This document shows, piece by piece, positions 39,208 to 52,499 of a DNA stretch of 64,000 nt. The DNA is taken from the NCBI GenBank assembly GCA_963771355.1, contig CAVYTA010000006.1, forward strand, positions 1,056,001 through 1,120,000, given 5' to 3'. Both the position numbers and the translations under genes were made by a program. This DNA comes from an uncultured Candidatus Rokubacteria bacterium. Lineage in GTDB: Bacteria > Methylomirabilota > Methylomirabilia > Rokubacteriales > CSP1-6. How positions within the stretch are numbered: the first letter of the stretch is position 1; every line of letters starts with the position of its first letter. The notes below the pieces were generated by a model, which worked only from the letters and a program-made list of their open reading frames with translations, had not been told where the DNA came from and ran no database searches.

Positions 39208-39984
39208 ATGCTCAAGGTAGGCATCGTCGGCATGGGCGTCATCGGCCAGGCCATCGCGAAGGCGGCGAGCGGCGACATTCCGGGCGTGACGCTGGCGGGC
39301 GTCACCGTGCGCAACCCCGCCACCGCTGCCGGCTATCCCGCCTATCCGCTCGACGCGCTCCTCGGCCGCTGCGATCTGATCGTGGAGGCGGCCACGCAGG
39401 CAGCGCTGCGCGAGTTCGGCCCGGCCGTGCTCGCCGCCGGGAAGCACCTCATGGTGCTCTCGGTGGGCGCGCTGATCGGCGTGCTCGACGAGTGGGCGCG
39501 GCTGGCCGAGAAGCATGGCGGCCGCATCCTGGTGCCCTCGGGCGCCATCGCGGGGCTGGACGGCGTGAAGGGCGCGCGCGAGGGCGCCATCACCAGCGTC
39601 ACCATGGAGACGCGCAAGCCGCCGCGTGGGCTCGCGGGCGCGCCCTATGTCGAGGAGCGGGGCATCGATCTGGGCGCGATCCGGGAGGAGACGCTGATCT
39701 TCGAGGGCCCCGCCACCGAGGCAGTGAAGGCCTTCCCCGCCAACGTCAACGTGGTGGCCGCCCTCTCGCTCGCCGGGGTGGGACCGGAACGGACCCGGAT
39801 CAAGCTCTTCGCAGTTCCGGGCCAGCAGCGCAACCAGCACCGGATCACGGTGGAGGGCGAGTTCGGCCGGCTCGCCATCGAAGTGGAGAACATCCCCTCC
39901 GCGAACCCGCGGACGGGGAAGCTGTCGTACCTTTCCGCCATCGCGATGCTCCGAGAGCTCGGCGCTCCCGTCCGCGTCGGCTAG
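39208..39984 (+). CDS. nadX: L-aspartate dehydrogenase family protein
   Basis: GMGVIG, SVGAL, PSGAIAGLD, FPANVNV, NQHRI, NPRTG. Confidence 0.88.
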   Translation: MLKVGIVGMGVIGQAIAKAASGDIPGVTLAGVTVRNPATAAGYPAYPLDALLGRCDLIVEAATQAALREFGPAVLAAGKHLMVLSVGALIGVLDEWARLAEKHGGRILVPSGAIAGLDGVKGAREGAITSVTMETRKPPRGLAGAPYVEERGIDLGAIREETLIFEGPATEAVKAFPANVNVVAALSLAGVGPERTRIKLFAVPGQQRNQHRITVEGEFGRLAIEVENIPSANPRTGKLSYLSAIAMLRELGAPVRVG

Positions 39985-39990
39985 CCGGTC

Positions 39991-40932
39991 TCAGTGCTCG
40001 GAGTGGTTCGCCTCGAGGTAACGCTCGGCCTCCAGCGCGGCCATGCAGCCCGTGCCCGCGGCGGTCACCGCCTGCCGGTACGTGAAGTCCTGAACGTCAC
40101 CCGCGGCGAAGACGCCCGCCACCGAGGTCCGCGTCGTGCCCGGCTCGACCTTGATGTAGTTGTTCTCGTGTAGCGCGACCTGGCCCTTGAAGACGGCGGT
40201 GTTGGGCTCGTGCCCGATGGCGACGAAGAGACCGTCCACCTGGGTCTCCCACCGGGCCCCGGTCTTGAGATTGCGCAGCCGCACGCCGGTCACCTTCCCC
40301 GCCGCCGGGTCCATGACGTCCTCGACCACGCTGTCCAGGGTGAAGGAGATCTTGGGGTTCTTCAGCGCCCGCTCCTGCATGATCTTCGAGGCGCGCAGGC
40401 TGTCCCGGCGGTGCACGACCTCGACCTTGCGCCCGAGGCGGGACAGATAGAGCGCCTCTTCCATGGCGGAGTCGCCGCCGCCCACCACCATGATGTTCTG
40501 ATCCTTGAAGAAGAAGCCGTCGCAGGTGGCGCAGGTCGAGACGCCCCGCCCCATGAGCTTGGCCTCGTTGGGCAGTCCGATGAGCTTGGCGGTGGCCCCG
40601 GTGGCGATGATGACGGTGTGCGCCTCCATGGTGATGGCGTCGGCGGTGACGCGGAAGGGGCGCTTGGAGAAGTCCACCTCGGTCACGTCCTCGGCCAGCA
40701 TCTCGGTGCCGAACCGCTCCGCCTGCTTCCGGAAGTTCTCCATCATCGGCGGCCCGTCGAGGCCCTCGACAAAGCCGGGGTAGTTCTCCACCAGCGTGGT
40801 GAACATGAGCTGCCCGCCCGGCTGGATGCCCGTGAACATCACCGGGGCCAGATTGGCCCGGGCGGCATAGATAGCGGCGGTGTAGCCGGCCGGCCCCGAG
40901 CCGATGATGATCACCTTCCGTGTCGTCGCCAT
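39991..40932 (-). CDS. trxB: Thioredoxin-disulfide reductase
   Basis: GSGPAG, CATCDG, GGGDSA, HRRD, AAGDV. Confidence 0.96.
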   Translation of the reverse strand: MATTRKVIIIGSGPAGYTAAIYAARANLAPVMFTGIQPGGQLMFTTLVENYPGFVEGLDGPPMMENFRKQAERFGTEMLAEDVTEVDFSKRPFRVTADAITMEAHTVIIATGATAKLIGLPNEAKLMGRGVSTCATCDGFFFKDQNIMVVGGGDSAMEEALYLSRLGRKVEVVHRRDSLRASKIMQERALKNPKISFTLDSVVEDVMDPAAGKVTGVRLRNLKTGARWETQVDGLFVAIGHEPNTAVFKGQVALHENNYIKVEPGTTRTSVAGVFAAGDVQDFTYRQAVTAAGTGCMAALEAERYLEANHSEH

Positions 40933-40985
40933 CGTCCGTCTCCCCGATTGGTCAGCGTTGCCCTTTGGATGCCGCGCGGCCGCCC

Positions 40986-41741
40986 CTAGGTGCAGAGCAG
41001 CCGGGGCAGCTCCCCAAGATCGCGTATTTCATGGTCGGGCGCCGGCGCGCCCGCGGGCAACGCCTCTCCGTCCCGGTTGATCCACACCGCCCGCATGCCC
41101 ACCCCCTGGGCCCCCGCCACGTCGATGTCGGCCCGGTCCCCCACGAAGAGCGCGGCGCCCGGCGCCAAGCCCATCGCCTGGAGCGCCTGCTCGAAAATCC
41201 GGGGAGCGGGCTTACGCCAGCCTACCGCGTCCGAGACGAGAATGGTCTCGAAGAGATGGGCCACCCCTTCCCGCTCCAGCACCATCCGCGCGGTGGGTGT
41301 GTAGTCGAAGTTCGACACCACCGCCAGGCGATGGGTGCGTCTGAGCTCCTCCAGCACGCTCCGGTGATGGGCCGGGAAGACGACCGCCTTGGACAGCTCG
41401 CGCATATGAGTGGCGAGGAGAAGGGGCAGCGCCTCGCGTTCCATGGCCGCCGTCTCGAACCCGAGCCGACCGAACAGCATGCCGAACCGCTCCTGGGCGG
41501 ACACCTCGCGATGCGTACCGCTCCGGATCTTCTCCGCCTCCTGCCAGCTCCAGAACAAGGCTCCCGCGAAATCACCCAGCGAGAGCGCGGGCGCGAACGG
41601 TCGGAAGGCCTCATGGAGATGCCCGGCCGTCGAGCGCACCACGCGGCCGTTGATCTCGATCTCCGGCAGGCGCTCGCGCTGGAAGAGGACGAGGGTGTCG
41701 AAGAGATCGAAGAGGACAGCGTCACAGGCGGTGGCGGTCAT
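40986..41741 (-). CDS. HAD family hydrolase
   Basis: DLFDT, SN, KP, GDRADID. Confidence 0.88.
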   Translation of the reverse strand: MTATACDAVLFDLFDTLVLFQRERLPEIEINGRVVRSTAGHLHEAFRPFAPALSLGDFAGALFWSWQEAEKIRSGTHREVSAQERFGMLFGRLGFETAAMEREALPLLLATHMRELSKAVVFPAHHRSVLEELRRTHRLAVVSNFDYTPTARMVLEREGVAHLFETILVSDAVGWRKPAPRIFEQALQAMGLAPGAALFVGDRADIDVAGAQGVGMRAVWINRDGEALPAGAPAPDHEIRDLGELPRLLCT

Positions 41742-42154
41742 GGCAGCGGCTTGCGCTGGGCATAGCCCTCGTCGAACCCATGCCAAAAGCGGACGGCGGT
41801 CTCACCGAGCTTCCAGCACAGGTTGACGGGCTCGTCCCCGCCTGCGCCCGGGACCAGCCCCGGAAAGTCCACCAGCCCCTGTTCCAGGTCTTTCACCGAG
41901 CCCCCGAGGGCGGCGACCTCCTCCAGCGCCGCGCGCACCTCGATGGTGAGGCCGTCGAGGCGCTCGGCGCGGGCGCGCCAGTCACGCTGGTCCACCGACG
42001 CCCCGCCCGAGGTGCGGATGCGCTCCTTCGCGGCCCGGATCGCCTCTGCGAGCGCCTGGGCCTGGTCGTGGCGCTCCAGTGCGGCGCCCATCAGCTCTGC
42101 CAGCTTTGGGATGAGGGCATCCACCTCCGCGGTGGTGAAGAGCCGCGGGGTCAT
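41738..42154 (-). CDS. DUF2203 family protein
   Basis: FT..EV.ALIP...KDLEQGLVDFP...LCWKLGE...WH...GY..R.P. Confidence 0.85.
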   Translation of the reverse strand: MTPRLFTTAEVDALIPKLAELMGAALERHDQAQALAEAIRAAKERIRTSGGASVDQRDWRARAERLDGLTIEVRAALEEVAALGGSVKDLEQGLVDFPGLVPGAGGDEPVNLCWKLGETAVRFWHGFDEGYAQRKPLP

Positions 42155-42891
42155 GCCGGCCCGCTCAGGGTGTCCACGAACACCGCGTGTACCTCCTTGG
42201 GCCCGTGCACGCCGCGCGTGAGCGTGAGCTCGATGTCCGCGGTGCGCGAGGGACCGGTGATGAAGTTGATCATGCCGCCCGGCACCCGCGCCCCGCCGTC
42301 AGCGTGCATCGCCTCGAGCAAGATGCCCACCTGCTCCAGCGATTCGACCAGATGGCCGGGCCCGAACACTGCCACGTGGGTGTCCGGCAGCAGCGAGGTG
42401 GAGCGGGGGCGGCCCGGGCCCGAGGCGAGAATCAGGGTGCCCGTCTCCGCGAGCGCCCAGTCCACCCCGGTGACCCCGAGCGGCGCACGGGCCGCCTCCT
42501 CCCGGTGCCGCCGGCGCTCCGCGTCGCCGTCGCCCGCCGGCGCGGGCAGGACGGTCAGGCCATGTCGCGCCAGCGCGGCGGAGAGATCCCACCCCAAAGC
42601 GCCCGCCTCCCAGCCCACCACCTCGCGCGCATGCTTCTCGGCGGCGATCCGCGCCAGGAGGGCCGGCAGCTCGGCCAGCGACGGCACCCGGTGGAACACG
42701 CCCGCGACGCGCTCGAACTCCGCGCGGAAACGCTCCAGCGCCTGCGGCCAGCGCTCGGCGAGCTGCCGCCGGACGAGCTCGGCGGCCTCCCGCGGATTCC
42801 CGGGCCGCGGCGCGGGCATGGCAGGAAAGAGGCCGCGCGTCTTCGCCATCTCGGTGCGGACGCGGCCCAGGAACTCCGCGCGCGTGGTCAT
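42151..42891 (-). CDS. lutC: Lactate utilization protein C (LUD domain)
   Basis: AETGT...SLLP..H...ITGPSRTADIE...GVHGP. Confidence 0.88.
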   Translation of the reverse strand: MTTRAEFLGRVRTEMAKTRGLFPAMPAPRPGNPREAAELVRRQLAERWPQALERFRAEFERVAGVFHRVPSLAELPALLARIAAEKHAREVVGWEAGALGWDLSAALARHGLTVLPAPAGDGDAERRRHREEAARAPLGVTGVDWALAETGTLILASGPGRPRSTSLLPDTHVAVFGPGHLVESLEQVGILLEAMHADGGARVPGGMINFITGPSRTADIELTLTRGVHGPKEVHAVFVDTLSGPA

Positions 42892-44300
42892 GGCTTGGCG
42901 ATTTCCTTCCAGCGCTCCGAGAACGTCTTCGCCGCCACCGCGGGAAGATCCCGCGTGGCCGTCCACTTGCCGAAGAAGAGTGGCAGCCGGCGGAGCCGGC
43001 CCTCGTGGAGAAAGGGCCGCTGGAGCAGCCGGCCCATCCGCGCGCCGAGCCGGAACAGCGCGGGCGACTGCATGCCGCGGCGGGCCGCGCGGAAGACCAT
43101 CCGCTCGCTCCAGGGCGCGATGCGGCCCCGGTCGAGCTGCTCACGCAGGTCCACCAGCATACGCGGGATGTCGATGCGCACCGGGCACACGTCCTTGCAG
43201 GCGCCGCAGAGCGTGGACGCATGCGCCAGCTCCTTCACCGAGCGGTCACCCTTGAGCATGGCGGTGAGGAGGATCCCGATGGGCCCGGGATAGGTATGCC
43301 CGTAGGCGTGGCCGCCGATCTGCCGGTACACCGGGCAGACATTGAGACAGGCGCCGCAGCGCAGGCAGTACAGCGCCTCCCGCAGGGGGCCCGCCACCTG
43401 GCGGACGCGTCCATTGTCCATCAGGATGAGATGCAGCTCCTCCGGTCCTTCGAGCTCGCCCGGACGGCGCGGTCCGCGGACCAGGGTGGTGTAGGAAGAG
43501 AGCTTCTGCCCCGTCGCGCTGCGGGCCAGGATGGCCAGGAACACCATGAGATCGGTCATGCTGGGGATGACCTTCTCCATCCCCATCACCGCCACGTGCA
43601 GCCGCGGCAGCGAGGTCACCATGCGACCGTTGCCCTCGTTGGTCACCAGCACCAGGGTGCCCGTCTCCGCCACCGCGAAGTTGGCGCCGGTGATGCCCAG
43701 GTCGGCCTGAAGAAACTTCTGCCGGAGCTCCTTCCGCGCTACCGCGGTGAGCACCTCCGGATCGGCGGCGAAGCGCCCGTTGAGCTCTCGGGAGAAGAGC
43801 TCCGCCACCTGCCGCTTGGTCTTGTGGATGGCGGGGGCGATGATGTGCGACGGCTTCTCGTGGGCGAGCTGGATGATGTACTCGCCCAGGTCGGTCTCGA
43901 TCGGCGTCACGCCCGCGTGCTCCAGGGCCTCGTTGAGGTCGATCTCCTCGGTGGCCATGGACTTGGACTTCACCGCCATCTTGACGCCGCGGTCGCGGCA
44001 CAGCCGCAGCACGATCTCGCGCGCCTCCTCGGCGGTGGCGGCCCAGTGCACGTGCCCCCCCAGACGCTCCACGTTGTCGGCCAGCAGGCCGAGGTAGTGG
44101 TCGAGACGCTGCAGCGTCGCCTCCTTGATGCCCCGCGCCCGGTCGCGGAGGGCGTCACCCTGGGGAAAGCCCTCGAAGGCCTCTCGGCGCAGGTCGATGA
44201 ACTTGGTGGTGGCGATGGTGAGCGCTTCCTGGAGAAAGGCGTCCTTGAGCGCCGCGCCGGCGCGCTGGGGAAACGGAACCCGGAGCAGGTCCTCGCTCAC
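42888..44300 (-). CDS. lutB: Lactate utilization protein B (Fe-S)
   Basis: KSKSMATEE, ETDLGEYI, PSHIIAPAIH, CLRCGACLNVCP. Confidence 0.92.
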   Translation of the reverse strand: MSEDLLRVPFPQRAGAALKDAFLQEALTIATTKFIDLRREAFEGFPQGDALRDRARGIKEATLQRLDHYLGLLADNVERLGGHVHWAATAEEAREIVLRLCRDRGVKMAVKSKSMATEEIDLNEALEHAGVTPIETDLGEYIIQLAHEKPSHIIAPAIHKTKRQVAELFSRELNGRFAADPEVLTAVARKELRQKFLQADLGITGANFAVAETGTLVLVTNEGNGRMVTSLPRLHVAVMGMEKVIPSMTDLMVFLAILARSATGQKLSSYTTLVRGPRRPGELEGPEELHLILMDNGRVRQVAGPLREALYCLRCGACLNVCPVYRQIGGHAYGHTYPGPIGILLTAMLKGDRSVKELAHASTLCGACKDVCPVRIDIPRMLVDLREQLDRGRIAPWSERMVFRAARRGMQSPALFRLGARMGRLLQRPFLHEGRLRRLPLFFGKWTATRDLPAVAAKTFSERWKEIAKP

Positions 44301-45034
44301 GGCCGGCCCCCGGCGAGGAGCTGAGCGAGGTGCAGCGGCCGCACGCGGGACGCGCGGCGCGACAACCCCCCGCCCATCTGCATGAGACAGCCCGCGTCGC
44401 AGGCCACTAGGCAGCCGGCGCCGGTGGCTTCCACGTTGCCCAGCTTCTTGTCGAGGATGGCGGTGGAGACCTCGGGCAGCCGCACCGAGAAGGAGCCGCC
44501 GAAGCCGCAGCACTCGTCCGAGCCGGACAGCTCGACCAGGTCCACGCCCGGAATATTCCGCAGCAAGGTGCGCGGGCTCCGCGACTCGCCCAGACCCCGC
44601 AGGAGATGGCAAGAGTCGTGGTAGGTCACCTTCCCCGCGAAGTCCGACTCCACCCGCGTCACCCCCAGCACCTCCACGATGAACTGGGACAGCTCGCGCG
44701 TGCGCGCGGCCAGCGAGTCCGCGGCGGCCTTCAGCGTGGGATCGTGCTTGAGAAGTCCCGGGTACTCGGTCTTGACCATCCAGGCACAGGATCCCGAGGG
44801 CACCACCACGTGCTCGGCTTCCCCGAAGAGACGCACCGTCCGCTCGGCCACCCGTGCCGCCTCGTCGTGATAGCCGGAGTTGAACAGCGGCAGGCCGCAA
44901 CATGTCTGCCCCGCCGGAAAGTCCACCGTCACGCCGAGGCGGCGCAGCACCGTCACCATGGCCTCCCCGACCTCGGGAAAGAAGAGATCGCCGAGGCAGG
45001 TGATCATGATGGACGCCTTCACGCCGGATGCCAT
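44297..45034 (-). CDS. lutA: Lactate utilization protein A (CCG domains)
   Basis: QTCCG, SGSC, HDSCH, ECCGFGG. Confidence 0.9.
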   Translation of the reverse strand: MASGVKASIMITCLGDLFFPEVGEAMVTVLRRLGVTVDFPAGQTCCGLPLFNSGYHDEAARVAERTVRLFGEAEHVVVPSGSCAWMVKTEYPGLLKHDPTLKAAADSLAARTRELSQFIVEVLGVTRVESDFAGKVTYHDSCHLLRGLGESRSPRTLLRNIPGVDLVELSGSDECCGFGGSFSVRLPEVSTAILDKKLGNVEATGAGCLVACDAGCLMQMGGGLSRRASRVRPLHLAQLLAGGRP

Positions 45035-45051
45035 CAGGCTCTCGCGTGCGC

Positions 45052-45390
45052 TCAGTGGCCCGCGGCCTTGGCGTGGGGCGGGGGCGGCGTGACGACCACC
45101 AGTACGAGCAGCGGGGCCTCGCCCTCGTTCACGAGCCCGTGCTCAACGCCCGCGGGCGCCACCAGGGCCTCTCCCGCCTCGAGGCGCTCGCTCTCCGCGC
45201 CCAGGGTGAAGCGGCCAGCGCCTTCCAGCACGTAGTAGATCTTGTCCTGATCGCCGTGGACATGGGGCTTCTGGGCCTGCCCGGGCGCCACGCAGTAGAG
45301 ATCGAGCTGGGCGCGGGAGGTCGTGGCCAGCGCCACCTTGGCCATGCGCTCCCGGTCCTGCGTGACATGCTCCCGGATCCGGATCTTCAT
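45052..45390 (-). CDS. Cupin domain protein
   Basis: HVH...YYVLEG...PAGVEHG. Confidence 0.88.
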   Translation of the reverse strand: MKIRIREHVTQDRERMAKVALATTSRAQLDLYCVAPGQAQKPHVHGDQDKIYYVLEGAGRFTLGAESERLEAGEALVAPAGVEHGLVNEGEAPLLVLVVVTPPPPHAKAAGH

Positions 45391-46664
45391 CCCTGCGCCC
45401 CTTTCCCGTCACGCAGGGCGCGGCCGAGCAGCTCCACCGGGTGGAGCACCTCGAGCTCGAAACCCTGCCGCCGGCTCTCCTGCGCGATCTGCAGGAGGCA
45501 GCCGGGGTTGCCGCTCACCACCGTCCGCGCGCCACTCTCCCGGATCCGCTCGACTTTTCGTCTGGCCAGCTCGCCGGCCATCTCCGGCTGCTGCACATTG
45601 TAGATCCCCGCGCTGCCGCAGCAGAGCTCGCTGTCCGCGAGCTCGAGCAGGCGCAGCCCGGGAATCCGCCGCAAGAGCGCGCGCGGCGGGAATTTCACTC
45701 CCTGCCCGTGCACGAGGTGGCAGGGGTCGTGATAGGTCACCGTCACCGGCAGCGGAACCAGATCCAGCTCCGCCTCCGCCAGCACCTCACTGACGTCGCG
45801 CACCTTGGCCGCGAACGTGTCCGCCTCGCCCCCGGGAAGCCAGTGGCCGTATTCCTTGAGCGCGGAGCCGCAGCCGGCGGCGTTGGTCACCACGAAGTCG
45901 ACGTCGGCGGGAAACGCCGCCACCAGGGGCCGCGCGAGCGCCCGGAAGTCGGACAGCCGTCCCGCGTGCAGGTGCAGGGCGCCACAGCACCCCTGCGCGC
46001 GCGGCACCACCACATCCCAGCCCGCGGCGGACAAGAGGCGCGCCGTCTGCGCGTTGACGTGGGGGAAGAACACGCTCTGCACGCAGCCGGTGAGGAGACC
46101 GACGCGCCCCCGCCGCGCCCCCCGCGCGGGCGTCACCTCGGGGAGCGGGGCCCCGGCACCGGCGGGAAGCGCCGGTAGCAGCGCCTCCAGCGCCCGGAGC
46201 CGCTGGAAGGGCGCGAGGAGATCGAGCCCGCGCACCGCGGCCTGGAGCCCCGTTCTCTGGTAGAGCCGGAGCGCCCGCAGCAGGATACGCAGCCGGTCGG
46301 GGCGCGGGAACAGCGCGAGCAAGAGCCGAAGCGTACCGCGATTGGCCCCGGGCGCGCGCACACCCGCGCGCTCGAGCTGGCCGCGCGTGGCCTCGAGCAG
46401 CTGGCCGAAGGGCACGCCGGAGGGGCACGCGGTCTCGCAGGCGCGGCAGCCCAGACAGAGATCCAGATGATGCGCGAGCTGGGGCGTGAGCGCGGTGCGC
46501 CCCTCGGCGGCGGCGCGCATCAGGTAGAGACGGCCGCGCGGCGAGTCCATCTCCTCGCCCAGGACACGGTACGTGGGGCACTGCGGAAGGCAGATCCCGC
46601 AGTGCACGCAGGCTCGCAGCCCGTCCATCGATGGCGGATCGGTGGCGTCGAACGCGCTCTTCAC
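45387..46664 (-). CDS. glcF: Glycolate oxidase Fe-S subunit
   Basis: CVHCGICLPQCPTY, DSPRGR, CLGCRACETACP, two CCG motifs. Confidence 0.9.
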   Translation of the reverse strand: MKSAFDATDPPSMDGLRACVHCGICLPQCPTYRVLGEEMDSPRGRLYLMRAAAEGRTALTPQLAHHLDLCLGCRACETACPSGVPFGQLLEATRGQLERAGVRAPGANRGTLRLLLALFPRPDRLRILLRALRLYQRTGLQAAVRGLDLLAPFQRLRALEALLPALPAGAGAPLPEVTPARGARRGRVGLLTGCVQSVFFPHVNAQTARLLSAAGWDVVVPRAQGCCGALHLHAGRLSDFRALARPLVAAFPADVDFVVTNAAGCGSALKEYGHWLPGGEADTFAAKVRDVSEVLAEAELDLVPLPVTVTYHDPCHLVHGQGVKFPPRALLRRIPGLRLLELADSELCCGSAGIYNVQQPEMAGELARRKVERIRESGARTVVSGNPGCLLQIAQESRRQGFELEVLHPVELLGRALRDGKGAQG

Positions 46665-48007
46665 AGGCCCCCCGCGAAGCGGCCGGGATTGAGGATCCCG
46701 GCGGGATCGAACTCGTGCTTGAGGCGGCGCATGACGTCGAGGACCTCCGGGCCCACGGGCCCCCAGACGTCCAGCGTCTCCTTGACCGCCCGCGGCGCGC
46801 GCTCCACGACGAGGCTGCCGCCTTCGGGTGCCAGCGCCGCGCGCAGCCCGGCCACCGCTCCCGCCAGCCAGGTGCCGGAGGGCAAGCCGTCTTTCCCTGG
46901 CGCGCGGAGCGCCGCGCGGAGCACGCCGCTGCCGGCCTCGCCGACGGCGATGAGCCCGACGCCGCCATCGCGCGCGACGTGCTCCAGCTGCCGGACCCAG
47001 TGACCGATGCGCGCCGGCTCGCCGGCGAGCTTCAGCGTCACCGGGCTGACGAGCGCGGCACCGAGCCGGCTCCAGAAGCCACCGGCGAGATCGAAGCCGC
47101 GACCGCCGGGCACCGCGGCCAGTCGCTCGAGGAGCGCCGTCTGGGCCCGCACCGCCTCGGCGGTGCTCGCCACCGACACCGCCACCGCGGCGCCGTCCGG
47201 CGGCACGTCGGCCGGACCGTCCGGCACCGCGTCGCGCACGGCGTGCAGCGCGCCCGCGCCGAGCAGCACCAGCCGCTCCGGCTGCAGCGTGGAGTCGATG
47301 ACGGCCGCGACAAAGGCCGCCGCGCCCGCGACCGTGTCGAAGGTCCAGAGGCGGGCGCCCCAGGCGGGCGGGATCGGATGGAGTCGGAGCGTGGCCTCGG
47401 CGAGCACGCCGAGCGTTCCCAGCGAGCCCACCATGAGCTTGGGCACGTCGTAGCCCGTCACCGACTTGACCACGCGCGCGCCGCCCCAGGTCACCACGCC
47501 GTCGGCCTGGACGAAGCGGACGCCGAGAAGCAGGTCGCGCCCCGTGCCGTAGCGAAAGCGGAGCGGGCCCGCCGCCGCGGTGGCGAGGACGCCGCCCACG
47601 GAGCGCCCGCCCCCCGGGGCAGGATCGAGGGGCAGGCGCTGGCCGTGCTGGCCGAGGCGCGCCGCCACCGCGTCGAGCGTGATCCCGCACTGCACGCTGG
47701 CCACCATGTCGTCGGGGACGTACTCGAGCACGGCGGTGAGCCGACCCAGGTCCAGCACGAGGTCGAGCCGCCGGGGGGGATTGCCGAGCGCGAGGTTCGA
47801 GCCGCTTCCCCGGGGGGTCACCGCGAGCCCCTCGGCGGAGGCCAGCACCATGACCTGGGCAACCTGCTCGACGGTGCCCGGGCGCACCAGCCAGCGCGGG
47901 ACCATCCCATCCACCGCGACCGCGGCCAGCGCGGTGGGATCGGCCTGCACCTGGCCGCGCCCGGCGATCTCCTCGAGGGCATGCGCCACCGCCGCAGAGG
48001 CCGACAT
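46661..48007 (-). CDS. glcE: Glycolate oxidase FAD-binding subunit
   Basis: GGARVVKSVTGYD; KHEFDPAGILNPGRF. Confidence 0.85.
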   Translation of the reverse strand: MSASAAVAHALEEIAGRGQVQADPTALAAVAVDGMVPRWLVRPGTVEQVAQVMVLASAEGLAVTPRGSGSNLALGNPPRRLDLVLDLGRLTAVLEYVPDDMVASVQCGITLDAVAARLGQHGQRLPLDPAPGGGRSVGGVLATAAAGPLRFRYGTGRDLLLGVRFVQADGVVTWGGARVVKSVTGYDVPKLMVGSLGTLGVLAEATLRLHPIPPAWGARLWTFDTVAGAAAFVAAVIDSTLQPERLVLLGAGALHAVRDAVPDGPADVPPDGAAVAVSVASTAEAVRAQTALLERLAAVPGGRGFDLAGGFWSRLGAALVSPVTLKLAGEPARIGHWVRQLEHVARDGGVGLIAVGEAGSGVLRAALRAPGKDGLPSGTWLAGAVAGLRAALAPEGGSLVVERAPRAVKETLDVWGPVGPEVLDVMRRLKHEFDPAGILNPGRFAGGL

Positions 48008-48018
48008 CGCGGTCGCGC

Positions 48019-49479
48019 TCAGATCCAGGCTCCCTGCGGCAACGCCGGGCGCGCGGGACGGAAGCCTTCGCCACAGGCGGGGTGGGACGGCAAGAGCTTT
48101 CCGGGATTCATGATGCCGTCGGGATCGAAGACACGGCGCAGCCGGGCCATGAAGTTGAGGTCGGCCTCGCCGAACTGATGGGGCAGGTTCTTGGCCTTGT
48201 CCAGGCCCACCCCGTGCTCGCCGGTCACCGTCCCCCCCAGCGCGAGACAGGCGTGCAGCAGCTCCTCGTTCACCTGCTTGGCGCGCTCCAGCTCGCCGGG
48301 CTTCTGCTCGTCGTAGCAGATGATCGGATGCAGATTGCCGTCGCCCGCGTGGAAGACATTGGCCAGGACCAGCCCGTGCCGCCGGCCGATGGCAATCATC
48401 TCGCGCATGATCTGCGGCAGGCGCGACCGCGGCACCACCGCGTCCTGCAGCAGCCAGTTAGGCGTGAGACGGCCCACCGCGCCCGCCGCCTCCTTGCGGC
48501 CCTTCCAGAGCAGCGCCCGCTCCGCCTCGTCGGCGGCCACCCGCACCTCGAGCGCCGCGTGCGACCAGCAGATCTCCTCGATACGGGCCGACTGCGCCTC
48601 GATCTCGGCCAGGGGCCCGTCCAGCTCGATGAGGAGGACGGCCCCCGCGTCCTTGGGATACCCCGCGCCCACGCCCTCCTCGATCGCGCGCACCATCACC
48701 TCGTCGATCATCTCGAGCGCGGCGGGAATAATTCCGGCGGCGATGATCGCCGATACGGCCTCCGAGGCGTCCTCCATCGCGGCGAAGGAGGCGAGCAGCG
48801 TCTTCACCCCCTCCGGCAAGTGGGTGAGGCGCACGGCGACCGCGGTGAGGAGGCCGAGCGTGCCTTCCGAGCCCACCATCACCCCGGTGAGATCGTAGCC
48901 GGGCCGCTCGTGCACCTTGCCGCCCAGCCAGATCAGCTCCCCCGCCCCCGTCACCACCTGGAGGCCGAGGACGTGGTTCACGGTGATCCCGTACTTCAGG
49001 CAGTGGGGACCCCCGGCATTGGTGGAAGCGTTGCCGCCGATGGTGGAGACCATCTGGCTGGAGGGGTCGGGCGCGAAGAACCAGCCGCGCTCGCGGGTGG
49101 CGTTGGACAGCCACAGGTTGATGAGGCCCGGCTCGACCACCGCGCAGCGGTTTGGCAGATCCACCTCGAGGAGCCGGTTCATCCGCGTCATGGACACCAT
49201 GACCCCGCCCACCGGCGCCATGGCGCCCCCGATGAGGCCGGTTCCCGATCCGCGCGGCACCACCGCCACCGCGTGCGCCCGGCAGAGCCGGACGATGGCC
49301 GCCACCTGGGCCGCCGACTCGGGCAGCACCACCACGTCGGGTGCCCCCTTGTAGAACGTGTGCATGTCGCACTCGTAGGTCAGGCGCCCCTCGGGACTCG
49401 CCACCACGCCACGCCGGCCCACGATTCCCTCGAGCTCGCGAAGGAAGGAGGCGTCGGGCGTTCTCGGCTCTGCGGTCAT
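48019..49479 (-). CDS. glcD: Glycolate oxidase subunit
   Basis: PDPSSQ, NAGGPHCLKYG, HAGDGNLHP, GEHGVG. Confidence 0.9.
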   Translation of the reverse strand: MTAEPRTPDASFLRELEGIVGRRGVVASPEGRLTYECDMHTFYKGAPDVVVLPESAAQVAAIVRLCRAHAVAVVPRGSGTGLIGGAMAPVGGVMVSMTRMNRLLEVDLPNRCAVVEPGLINLWLSNATRERGWFFAPDPSSQMVSTIGGNASTNAGGPHCLKYGITVNHVLGLQVVTGAGELIWLGGKVHERPGYDLTGVMVGSEGTLGLLTAVAVRLTHLPEGVKTLLASFAAMEDASEAVSAIIAAGIIPAALEMIDEVMVRAIEEGVGAGYPKDAGAVLLIELDGPLAEIEAQSARIEEICWSHAALEVRVAADEAERALLWKGRKEAAGAVGRLTPNWLLQDAVVPRSRLPQIMREMIAIGRRHGLVLANVFHAGDGNLHPIICYDEQKPGELERAKQVNEELLHACLALGGTVTGEHGVGLDKAKNLPHQFGEADLNFMARLRRVFDPDGIMNPGKLLPSHPACGEGFRPARPALPQGAWI

Positions 49480-49590
49480 GTCGTCCCGTCGAAAAACGAC
49501 CGCCGGCCTCTGGGGAGGAGGCCGGCAGTCGCGGTCAGCACGGTCACGGCGTCCGCGCCGCCGTCGGGCGGCGCGCGGAGCGGCGGCGCG

Positions 49591-52499
<2,909 letters not shown>

